Part shown: positions 1-9,328 of the stretch, piece by piece | Position numbering within the stretch: position 1 is the first letter of the stretch | Layout: each line of letters begins with the position of its first letter | Assembly (NCBI GenBank): GCA_964486045.1 | Contig: CAZALK010000005.1 | Location: forward strand, 160,001 to 224,000 | Length of the DNA stretch: 64,000 bases | DNA from: an uncultured archaeon | GTDB lineage: Archaea; Asgardarchaeota; Lokiarchaeia; Sigyniarchaeales; SOKP01 | Direction: 5' to 3' | Notes under the pieces: model-generated | Seen by the model: only the letters and a program-made list of their open reading frames with translations | Database searches by the model: none | Told to the model about the DNA's origin: nothing | Made by a program: the position numbers and the translations under genes

Positions 1-325
1 TTTGGATTATAATTATGCTTTAATCTTAGATTTCAAGATTTATCAAATCTAAAATGATTTGTATTCATAATTTAAAGCTTTTATTTGTCATTTTATGAAT
101 TGAAGAAAAAAGTTACCAATTGATGTTAAAATTTACATGCTATTCGGGAAGTTTAGGTATTACTAAATAAGTTCACAAACCTATGATCTTCAAAGTTATA
201 AAATTCAAAATCAACGAATAGGTAGCATTAAAATTATTAGGAAACAAGACTATTATTTTTGTTAACGATCAAGAATTTATATAAAGCAAATATGTAATAT
301 TTAAAATTTAATTGGATGACTTTTA

Positions 326-2638
326 ATGGTGCAAGTATTAAACAAGACAATCATAAAGGGGATAATCCCACGTATTGAAAGGCTCAGGGAGGAATTTTTG
401 AATCTCAAACCTACGGCTTCAATTGAGAGGGCCCGTATTGAAACAAAAGTAATGAAGGAAACAGAAGGAGAGTCAGTGATCACCCGTAGAGCAAAAGTTT
501 TCGCTGCAACAGTAAGGGAGATGCCAATTTATATTTACCCCAATCAGCTGATTGTAGGATGTACAAGTGTCAGGCCACTCTGTACTAATGTTACACCCGC
601 GATCAATTTAGCGGCACTAAAAGTTGGGCATTCATACATTCTTGGAACGAGAGAAGATGCCCCCTTTCCGGAGCTTAGTGATGAGGATATGAAAGAGTGG
701 AAGGAACTTACACCTTACTGGACAGAACAAGGTAGAAAAGTGAATACGCATCACTTTGGTCATAACATCCATGATCATCAGAAGGTACTGAAGAAAGGCT
801 TTTTTGGAATAAAAGAAGAGGCTGAGGAAAGATTATCAAGGCTTGACCTTACTGAACCTGATGAAGCTGCAAAAGTACCCTTCCTAAAGGGTGTGATTAT
901 GGCAATGGAAGCTGCAGCCGAAATTGGGAAAAGATTTGCTTCCTTAGCAAGGAAATTAGCTGAAAAAGAAGAGGATAGTATAAGAAATGCCGAGTTACTG
1001 AAGATTGCCGAGGTTTGTGATCAAGTACCGGCACATCCAGCAAGAACATTCTATGAAGCATTACAATCTTACTACTTTTCTTACCTTTTATTGTTTTGGG
1101 AGGTAATACCCACCCTGGGTTTTAGTCAGGGTAGGATGGATCAATATCTATATCCATACTATAAACAGGACATAAGAGAAGGACGAATAACCAAAGAAGA
1201 AGCACAAGAGTTAATTGATTGTTACCTACTCGCGGGAAACTTCGAGAGAGATGTAAATCCTTCGGGAACGCCAATGACAGTTGGTGGTGTTAAAACTAAT
1301 GGACAGGATGCCACCAATGAACTCTCTTACATGTTTATAGAAAGTGTTATGCACACCAGGTTACCACTTCCTTGGCTTAGCGTGCTAGTTCATAATCAAA
1401 TGCCAGATGAATTGTTAATAAAAGCATGTCAACTCTGCACATTAGGGACCGGTCAGCCACAATTCGTCAATAGCGATGTTATAATATCCCAAGCTCTTGC
1501 TCGTGGTAGTATGGGTGGTCCAACGATAACACTGGAGGATGCTCGAAACGCTTCCCCACAGGGGTGCTTCGAACTGGTAATACCTGGTAAAGATTCTGGA
1601 TACTTTTACTTCCAAATGCCTAATCTTGCGGCCTGTATGGAGTATGTCATGACTAATGGGGTTCGTCGTATCGATAAAAGAAAATTTGGATTAGAGACAG
1701 GTGACCCAAGAAAATTCACATCATTTGAAGAGGTTCAGGAAGCTTTTCGTAAACAATTGGCTTGGATGAGAAGATACATTCAAAAATCTGGTAACATTGT
1801 GGAAAGAAAAATAATCGAATTTACCCCAACGGTTTATGAATCTGCTTTAATAGAAGGTTGTATTGAAAAGGGGATATGCAGGGAAGAAGGTGGAGTTCAT
1901 TACAATTTTAATAACGGAGGGGCAGTACTTGCATCAACAGATGCAGGAGATTCTTTGGCTGCAATCAAGAAGCTTGTATTTGATGAAAAAAAATTCACAA
2001 TGGCGGACTTATGTGATGCTCTTGATAAAAATTTTGAAGGATATGAGGAATTACAGCACATGTTACTAACCGCACCTAAGTTTGGAAATAATGATGACTA
2101 CGCTGACGAACAGGCGGCTTGGGTTTTACATCAGTGGATGATCGAATTCAACAAAGTAAAGAACCTGCGTGGAGGTCAAGGTTGCCCAGGAGGTTCCGTG
2201 ATGGGATCTTATGATCCACAAGGCAAGCTAGTTGGAGCCCTCCCCTCGGGAAGATTAGCTGGGGAACCGCTGGTAGATGCTTCCTCTCCTAGCCGTGGGA
2301 AAGATTTAAAGGGTCCAACAGCAGTAATAAATTCCATGGGAAAAATTGATCATGTTGAAATACTCGGTGGTATTACTTTTAATTTAAGAATAGATCCAGC
2401 GGTTTTTAAAGATGGAAATATGGAAAGAATGGCTGCCATGGTAAGATCATTTATCGATCAGAAGATTTTTCATATGCAAGTTAATGTAGTTTCTTCAGAC
2501 ACGTTGAGAGCTGCCCAGAAAGATCCCGAGAAATATCGAGACTTAGTTGTAAAGGTAGCTGGTTATAATGCTTTTTTCACGCAATTGACTGATTCTCTAC
2601 AGGATACCATCATTACCAGGACAGAACACAGACTATAG
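326..2638 (+). CDS. Glycyl radical enzyme (PFL-like family), substrate unknown
   Basis: 770 aa; SIERAR N-terminus, GRMDQYLYPYY, Cys loop PQGCFE, C-terminal glycyl motif VKVAGYNA. Confidence 0.92.
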   Translation: MVQVLNKTIIKGIIPRIERLREEFLNLKPTASIERARIETKVMKETEGESVITRRAKVFAATVREMPIYIYPNQLIVGCTSVRPLCTNVTPAINLAALKVGHSYILGTREDAPFPELSDEDMKEWKELTPYWTEQGRKVNTHHFGHNIHDHQKVLKKGFFGIKEEAEERLSRLDLTEPDEAAKVPFLKGVIMAMEAAAEIGKRFASLARKLAEKEEDSIRNAELLKIAEVCDQVPAHPARTFYEALQSYYFSYLLLFWEVIPTLGFSQGRMDQYLYPYYKQDIREGRITKEEAQELIDCYLLAGNFERDVNPSGTPMTVGGVKTNGQDATNELSYMFIESVMHTRLPLPWLSVLVHNQMPDELLIKACQLCTLGTGQPQFVNSDVIISQALARGSMGGPTITLEDARNASPQGCFELVIPGKDSGYFYFQMPNLAACMEYVMTNGVRRIDKRKFGLETGDPRKFTSFEEVQEAFRKQLAWMRRYIQKSGNIVERKIIEFTPTVYESALIEGCIEKGICREEGGVHYNFNNGGAVLASTDAGDSLAAIKKLVFDEKKFTMADLCDALDKNFEGYEELQHMLLTAPKFGNNDDYADEQAAWVLHQWMIEFNKVKNLRGGQGCPGGSVMGSYDPQGKLVGALPSGRLAGEPLVDASSPSRGKDLKGPTAVINSMGKIDHVEILGGITFNLRIDPAVFKDGNMERMAAMVRSFIDQKIFHMQVNVVSSDTLRAAQKDPEKYRDLVVKVAGYNAFFTQLTDSLQDTIITRTEHRL

Positions 2639-2736
2639 AAAAATGAAGATTTTATTATAAAATTCTGAAATTTTCCAAAATCACTTTCCTACTTATTCTT
2701 GGAAAGATATTTTACTTTTCAAAAAACGTATCGTTC

Positions 2737-4047
2737 TTATATTTCAAAATTAAAATGACCGTATGTACCACCACCACCGGGAGTATATTCAATTTCATTA
2801 TTTCTAAGTGCGTTAATTACTGAAGAGATAGTGGGATCAAATTCTTCAATCTTGCTAATTGGTATATCGATTAAAATCTCGAATTCTTTTCCAAGTTCTT
2901 TAATTAGTTTGTCATAGGCATTTAAAACCGTTTTACTCGTAGGACTTTTTATTCCTTTTACAGATCGGATAATATCTATAAGTGGTATGGCATCAACATA
3001 TTTTGGTCGATGATCTGGGTGTTTTGGTATTTCATGCGTAGAAATTTTTTCAATTCTTTCACTCACTCCTAATTTAACTTTGAAATTTTTATTCTTCTCA
3101 TCTTTACATGCCGGACAAACCATTTTATTCTTAGCAACTTGATTTATAAATTGTTTTCTCGCCGTATCAGGATCGTTAGAAAAATAATTTACAAAATCTT
3201 CTGATTTTGAATATTGGCTAAAAATAGAAATCCCGGTTTTATCAGTTTTCTTGAATATAACTCTTCTACGACATTTATTACAGAACATATTAAAGTATTT
3301 GCCTAGTTCCGGACTTAACCCTACGTTTAATATGATTCTTCTGCTGTCTTTTCTCATCAAAGCTAAAAATAATTCCTCAAAGGAGGGATTATCAAGATCC
3401 ACCTTATTAAATTCACGTCCTAGAGAGCGCGGGCTTTGTGAATGCGCGTCGCTATTACTCAAAAATGACACATTTTTTAAACTCCCTAATCTATCTGCTA
3501 AATCTGTATTAGCTGAAAGACCTAACTCTAAAAAATGTACTTCTTTTGCTGCGTCTTGGTAACAATCCTTGATTGTTTCAAATTTACCCTGACGAAAAAT
3601 CGCTTTAAAAGGCGTAAATGCATGTGCTGGACCAATAATTCCTCCTGAATCTGAAATTATATCAACCAATGCTGGAGGTGATAAGTTAACTCTAGGTCTT
3701 CCGCCCCATTCATCTAAAATATTTTTTGAATATGATTTTAATTTGTTTTGAATTTCTTTAACTGAATTGAAATCAGGAAATAAAACTAGATGATGAATAC
3801 TTTCTATATCCTCAATTTCAGTCTGAAGGATAAAAAAAACACCTTTATACGAAAAAGATCTATCATCTTCCTTTTTCAAATTACGTTCCATGTATTTAAA
3901 CCATTCTGGTTGCAGGATATCCCCAGTTCCAAGAATATTTAGACCTTTCTTTTTACAGGTCTCCAGCATTGTATCTAAATTCAATGATTTAGAGACTGCA
4001 ATAGAGTGGGGACTATGTATGTGGAGATCAGCGTTAAAAACATCCAT
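2737..4047 (-). CDS. PHP-domain endonuclease Q-like protein (TIGR00375 type)
   Basis: DLHIHS, PAHAFTP, NSDAHS motifs, CxxC...CxxC Zn finger, C-terminal PGGGGTYG. Confidence 0.85.
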   Translation of the reverse strand: MDVFNADLHIHSPHSIAVSKSLNLDTMLETCKKKGLNILGTGDILQPEWFKYMERNLKKEDDRSFSYKGVFFILQTEIEDIESIHHLVLFPDFNSVKEIQNKLKSYSKNILDEWGGRPRVNLSPPALVDIISDSGGIIGPAHAFTPFKAIFRQGKFETIKDCYQDAAKEVHFLELGLSANTDLADRLGSLKNVSFLSNSDAHSQSPRSLGREFNKVDLDNPSFEELFLALMRKDSRRIILNVGLSPELGKYFNMFCNKCRRRVIFKKTDKTGISIFSQYSKSEDFVNYFSNDPDTARKQFINQVAKNKMVCPACKDEKNKNFKVKLGVSERIEKISTHEIPKHPDHRPKYVDAIPLIDIIRSVKGIKSPTSKTVLNAYDKLIKELGKEFEILIDIPISKIEEFDPTISSVINALRNNEIEYTPGGGGTYGHFNFEI

Positions 4048-4106
4048 CAGTTATTAAAAACCTTACTTCAATAAAAAGATTTTAATAACGTGTTAATTAT
4101 TTGAAT

Positions 4107-5156
4107 TCAGCTTACGATTATCATCTTGTCTTTCGTTTGATCAGTCAATATAATTCTAAAATATTCTAATTCATTCTTGAAAACAACTTTTTCTAATTTA
4201 CCTTCTACTAAGACAGTGTTACCCTCCTTAACATGCTCACAGAAACGCGCTCGAAAAGAATTTATTTCTAAAATTGTCTTAGGATCGACATTTTTCATGG
4301 TTGATTTTCTATCCAGGATTTTTAAAACTTTAATTTTATAAGAGCAGGGTGTAAATATTGAATCTTTAGAGTCAGTAACTAAAACTTTAGCTTTAATTCT
4401 ACCATTATTTTTATATTGATACTCATAAAATGTTCCTTTCCAATCATTAGGGCTCTTAATGTACCTTATAAAAAAATTATGTCCATAGAATTTACCTTGA
4501 TGTAACTTTCCCCGTTCGGACTTCATAAACTCTTTAAAAGATATATCTGATCCTCCAACCCTCCAGTTATAATGAGACTTATATTCATCTAGATTGTACA
4601 TTCTAAATTGATTCTGTGCTTTAAATATACCTTTTAATTTTTCTTGAAATTTGATTGAAGTTTCTGTACCATAGATTATTATGTCAATATCTGAATCTTC
4701 TTTATTTAATCCTGACATAACTGAACCTGTAATTCCTATTGTGTTGATAGAAATATTTCCTTCATTTATAAATAATTCACATAAATCTAAAGAGTATTTT
4801 TCTGTAGAAGCGAGGTTTTTCTTTTCAATTAATTCCTTTAAACAATCTTGGGGTGTGTAAATTTTTTTAATATCATTATTATAAACCCCCTGTACCTTTA
4901 TATCAAGTTCTTTAGAGAAAAATAAGTATTCAGGATGAAATTTTCTTAATAGTGAATACCGCTCATCTAAATCATAAATTTTTTTATACTTAGTGCCATT
5001 TTTTCTCCGGTCTCCCTCGGGATGTGGATAAAACCTCAAAAAACAGATTTTTCTATCATTTGGGTGGAGTAACCCTTTAACATCAAAGATTAAGTTAGTT
5101 TTCTTAGTTTCAATATAATCCCCTTCAATTCCTTTGTTGAATTCCATGAATTTCAC
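4107..5156 (-). CDS. Archaeal predicted nucleotidyltransferase (COG1665-like)
   Basis: GITGS...SDIDIIIYG Pol-beta motif; FDVKGLLHP N-terminus. Confidence 0.75.
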   Translation of the reverse strand: MKFMEFNKGIEGDYIETKKTNLIFDVKGLLHPNDRKICFLRFYPHPEGDRRKNGTKYKKIYDLDERYSLLRKFHPEYLFFSKELDIKVQGVYNNDIKKIYTPQDCLKELIEKKNLASTEKYSLDLCELFINEGNISINTIGITGSVMSGLNKEDSDIDIIIYGTETSIKFQEKLKGIFKAQNQFRMYNLDEYKSHYNWRVGGSDISFKEFMKSERGKLHQGKFYGHNFFIRYIKSPNDWKGTFYEYQYKNNGRIKAKVLVTDSKDSIFTPCSYKIKVLKILDRKSTMKNVDPKTILEINSFRARFCEHVKEGNTVLVEGKLEKVVFKNELEYFRIILTDQTKDKMIIVS

Positions 5157-5175
5157 AGCAAAAATATTATGGGTA

Positions 5176-6312
5176 TTAATATTTTGAAGGAGTTTTTGAT
5201 TTTATTTTATGTTTTGGGATGGTCTTTGTTTTTCTTAATTCTTTTTCAAAATTTCTTTTTTCGGTTTGGAATCGTTGTTTGTCTTTCTCTAATTTTTCTC
5301 TCTCCCGTTTTATCATATTTTTATCACGACTTAAATCTGATTTCTCCCTTTCCAAGCGTTTGAGATCATTATTTAATCTTTGAAATTTTTCTTCTAATGG
5401 GGGAATTTTTCTAGATATAGAGTGGAATTTGTTTTCAGCTTTTGGAATTTTACTTTCTAATTCTTTCATTCTTGCTTCTTGTTGCCTTTTTTTGCTTCCC
5501 AGACTTTTTACATCATTTTCTACATTATTTCTATACTTTTTTAGATCTTCCTTCTTCTTTTCGACTTCACGAGCTTTGAGGTTTAAATTATCTTTTTGAT
5601 AACGTAATTTCTCTCTGTTTTCTTTAAGCTTTCTTTTTTCATCACTAATTCTGTTTCTGTCATCAACTAACTCTCTCTTTAGACTATTAACTTCTCTATT
5701 GAGATCGTCTCGTTTTTTTGTTAAATTTTTTATTTTGCTCCTTAAATCTCCTAACTTGTTCTCTAAATCTTCATTAGTCCTCTCAAGTGCGCTTTTTCTT
5801 CTCTCCATTCCCGGTAACTTAGTTTTTATCTCATTTAGTTGTTTTTCTGCATTCTGCTTCTCGGAATCTAATGAATTTTTTTGGTTTCCTAACTCTTCTC
5901 TCAAATTATCTAATTTTTTCTTAAACCTATCCAATTGAGCTTTCTTTTGATTTAATCCATCATTTTCTTTTCTTACCTTATCTTTTAATCGTTGCTCTCT
6001 TTCAATTAATTCTTTTTTCTGCAGCTCTATATCATTTTTGGCTTTTATCAGACTGTTCTGGATGATATCTCGCTTTTCACGAAGATTTTTTAATTCAAGT
6101 TCTTCATTTTTTCTTTTTTTTTCAAGATCTGCAATATTCTCTTTGTAATTTTCAATTTGGTTAAAGTGATTTTCCCATTCAATCTTTTCTTTATTTAATT
6201 TGATTCTTTCCTTCCTTATCTTTTTTAATAATTTCTTATCAATACTTATGTCTCCATAATCATCTGGGGTTTTTTCTTGTATTTGGTGTTTAGGGATAGG
6301 TTTATCATTCAT
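5176..6312 (-). CDS. Long coiled-coil protein
   Basis: 378 aa K/E/R/L-rich heptad pattern, no recognisable catalytic motif. Confidence 0.75.
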   Translation of the reverse strand: MNDKPIPKHQIQEKTPDDYGDISIDKKLLKKIRKERIKLNKEKIEWENHFNQIENYKENIADLEKKRKNEELELKNLREKRDIIQNSLIKAKNDIELQKKELIEREQRLKDKVRKENDGLNQKKAQLDRFKKKLDNLREELGNQKNSLDSEKQNAEKQLNEIKTKLPGMERRKSALERTNEDLENKLGDLRSKIKNLTKKRDDLNREVNSLKRELVDDRNRISDEKRKLKENREKLRYQKDNLNLKAREVEKKKEDLKKYRNNVENDVKSLGSKKRQQEARMKELESKIPKAENKFHSISRKIPPLEEKFQRLNNDLKRLEREKSDLSRDKNMIKREREKLEKDKQRFQTEKRNFEKELRKTKTIPKHKIKSKTPSKY

Positions 6313-6436
6313 ATTCTTTTAATCATTATCTCATTCTACTAATAAATCCATATTAATTCTAACTCTAAAGTGTTTGCAATTTAATTAAAATGGTTTAAAA
6401 TGACAAATTACATTTATTTAACCATATCAATAATGT

Positions 6437-6874
6437 CTAAAAAAAATCATGGATAAATTTTTCGATAATATATCTTGGATCTCTCCACCTTCTAATGTTT
6501 GCATTAGATGTTATAACTATAATTAAATCTAATTCTGGAATACAATTTAGATACTGCCCACCATATCCTGCAGCCATGAAACCATTGAAATCCTTATATC
6601 TTGTAATCCATACATGATATCCATATCCTTCACAATGATTTTGTAAAGATTCTATAATCCATTCTCTAGGAATTACTTGCTCATTGTTCCAAATTCCCTG
6701 ATTAAGATATAGATATCCAAATCTTGCTAAATCTCTTGGGCTTAACTTTAATCCATAACCACCAATATTGATGCCTTGAGGATCTTTCATCCATTTTATC
6801 TGATTTGATATCCCAATAGGTTTAAAAAGATACTTCTTAGCAAAATCTTGAGTACTTGTATTAATTATATTCAT
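6437..6874 (-). pseudogene. C-terminal fragment of a class C beta-lactamase-like serine hydrolase
   Basis: LFKPIGI, GGYGLKLSPRDLARFGYLYL, GYGGQ present; N-terminal SxxK half absent. Confidence 0.65.
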
Positions 6875-7099
6875 TTTTCCTCAATTAGTATGTAAAATTT
6901 CTTACTAAAAATTAATATTGGGATTTACAAATAATAAGCAAAAAATGTCCATTGGATTATTGATTTTCAAGTGAAGATTCCCTCTAGTTGGTAATTTTAT
7001 TTATATAGTTTAATTGACATTATTCTCATATAGTTATTTAACAAGAAGAATCAAGATCAAACGTAATATTTATGCATTTAAGTAAGTGGTGGGTGTTAA

Positions 7100-7519
7100 A
7101 TGGGATTTGATGATGAAATTGATGAAGATTTAGAATTTGACGAGGATTTGGAAGAAGATTTAGATGACAAGTCAAATGAATCCTTACCGAACATTCCAAC
7201 TAATGAGATTAATTCTAAAACTCCTGCTAGGAGAGGAATTCCAGAGGGAAAAAAGATTTCAGTATATTTTATGTCCACAATTGGTCCTGGAGAGAAAAAA
7301 CAAAAATTACTTGTTAATACGGGAAATTTTGTTGGAGAAATTAAAGAAACTGTAGCTAATCTATTTGCTCTAGATCCAGCAGATTTTTATTTGAGTTCTG
7401 GGGGGATTACAATGGATGATGATTCAGTCCTTTTTGATTATAATGTGGCTGATGGAGATGATGTACTACTCATTCCAGCTAGTATTGCTGGTAAAGTCTT
7501 TCAAATATTTTTAAAATAG
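7100..7519 (+). CDS. Ubiquitin-like protein, paralog of 12904-13239, with acidic N-tail and C-terminal extension after AG
   Basis: Aligns by eye to 12904 Ubl (YF-STIGPGEKK-KL, LSSGG, DYNVADGDDVLLIPASIAG). Confidence 0.8.
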   Translation: MGFDDEIDEDLEFDEDLEEDLDDKSNESLPNIPTNEINSKTPARRGIPEGKKISVYFMSTIGPGEKKQKLLVNTGNFVGEIKETVANLFALDPADFYLSSGGITMDDDSVLFDYNVADGDDVLLIPASIAGKVFQIFLK

Positions 7520-7528
7520 ACGCCTCTT

Positions 7529-8323
7529 TCAGTTTTTTTCTTTTCTAGAAGGAATTAGAGCAATTTCATCATCATCTTCAATATCGTAATCTTTTATTTG
7601 GGAGTTCTCTTTTAGTAATATACCTCCAGAAGACAAAACAAAATCTTGTTGGCTGTAATCAAACAATACCCCGACTTTTTTCTTCACTAAGCTGATTAAT
7701 TCTGTTGTATCGAGAATGATTAACTTAGTTATCTCGCCGGGTTCAACTAAAGATCTTATGTAAACGCGTATCTGGTCCTTTAGATTAATCGTTGTGTTCA
7801 GAGGTATATAGGATATCTCCTCATCAATTTTATCTCTGTTCTTAAGCATGTTTTCGATTAATTTTTTTCGCTCATTATCATCAAAATAGAGCATTTCTCT
7901 AATAAATAGTATTTTGTCTAGCTTTGACAAGACAAGTAAGTTTATTTTTCCTAATTCTTCCTCACTAAAAACTGAAAAAATATATTTATTAATTATTGGT
8001 ATATCCTCATAAGATTCATTTGAATCAAGATATTCTTCTATTGAAGGCAAAGCCTCAAGATATTCATCAATAATATTCTCTTCTATATCATGAATAGACT
8101 TGGGTTTTGGTGAATATTTCTTATCTCTTATTTTATCATGTGGATAACCTGCAGATTGGATAACAGTGTAGATTGTACTAGTAGAGAGAACTGCAACACT
8201 CCCGATTGTTAGAATAAGAAATAACGGGGTATTATTTATACCAAATAGGAAATAACTTATGTAAATTAAAATAAAAACAGCGTAAAGAATAATAACGCTT
8301 AATATTCTATATTTTTTCCTCAT
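7529..8323 (-). CDS. Membrane-anchored protein with C-terminal ubiquitin-like domain
   Basis: Two N-terminal hydrophobic helices; C-terminal VYIRSLVEPGE...LSSGG...DYDIEDDDEIALIP matches neighbouring Ubls. Confidence 0.75.
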   Translation of the reverse strand: MRKKYRILSVIILYAVFILIYISYFLFGINNTPLFLILTIGSVAVLSTSTIYTVIQSAGYPHDKIRDKKYSPKPKSIHDIEENIIDEYLEALPSIEEYLDSNESYEDIPIINKYIFSVFSEEELGKINLLVLSKLDKILFIREMLYFDDNERKKLIENMLKNRDKIDEEISYIPLNTTINLKDQIRVYIRSLVEPGEITKLIILDTTELISLVKKKVGVLFDYSQQDFVLSSGGILLKENSQIKDYDIEDDDEIALIPSRKEKN

Positions 8324-8407
8324 AGTTTTTTAATAAATCTGCTTCTAATTTTTAAATATTTGAATTAATTTTTAAATGAGATTGGCATGATAATGGAGTT
8401 TTAATAA

Positions 8408-9076
8408 TCAATCACCTAGTATTAACTTTCTAACCTTATTATACTTCTTAACATCTAATTTGAATAAAATTCTTTTTTTTTCTTTTTCAGTTTCTACTAA
8501 TTTCAGATTTTCTAGAATATTAAGGTATTTTTTAATAGTAGTATGATTCTTTTTAGTTCTATTAGCTATTTCAGTAATTCTTAAGGGTTTATCTTCTTTA
8601 ATCATAAATTTTATTATTTTTAGGACGATGTCCTTTTTCAAATAGTGATAGAACTTATCAAGTTTTGGATTGGAATCGAATTTAAAGAAAATCCTATGGT
8701 TATTGAGTTTTTTTGACCTGATGAATTCAAATTTTTCTAAACAAGAAAGGTGCCATAATGCTTGATTGCTTCCAATCTTTAGAGCTCTCATAATTTCATT
8801 AATGTTTGATGGGGTATTTTTAATGAAATTATAGATCTCATTCCTCGTAGGATTTTCAATGATATTATTTTTCATTAATTTAGTTCCAGGAATGATAATT
8901 CTTTTTTTTATGAGTTTCTTAATAATTTGTTCTATTTTGTTGCGGTTTAAGTCCGAAGTTTTTGCTCTATAAGCTACAAAATCGATTATATCGATAATCG
9001 AAAAGAATGTTTTTTTTGTCAAATATTCTTTTACTAATCCAAGAACAACAGAATCTAATTTCTCCAGGGAACTCAT
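8408..9076 (-). CDS. Double winged-helix (ArsR-like) transcriptional regulator
   Basis: ENPTRNEIYNFIK...WHLSCLEK and second HTH RITEIANRTKKNHTTIKKYL. Confidence 0.75.
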   Translation of the reverse strand: MSSLEKLDSVVLGLVKEYLTKKTFFSIIDIIDFVAYRAKTSDLNRNKIEQIIKKLIKKRIIIPGTKLMKNNIIENPTRNEIYNFIKNTPSNINEIMRALKIGSNQALWHLSCLEKFEFIRSKKLNNHRIFFKFDSNPKLDKFYHYLKKDIVLKIIKFMIKEDKPLRITEIANRTKKNHTTIKKYLNILENLKLVETEKEKKRILFKLDVKKYNKVRKLILGD

Positions 9077-9328
9077 AAGCCATATATTACTTTATGTTTT
9101 CATTTCATTGTCTTTATCTTGGAAAACTCTCTCTACAGCAATAAAATTAATATATATTAATAATTAATCCTCCAATTTATAATATCATTTCTTTTGCTCC
9201 TTACCATCTTCTTCTACATTGTTATACCAAATCTTATTTTTAAGAAATGTGTTACGTCTTATATTGAGAAATAGTAAAGGATAAGTTTAAGAAAACATTT
9301 ATAATTTTGAAGGAGGAATGCATCATTT

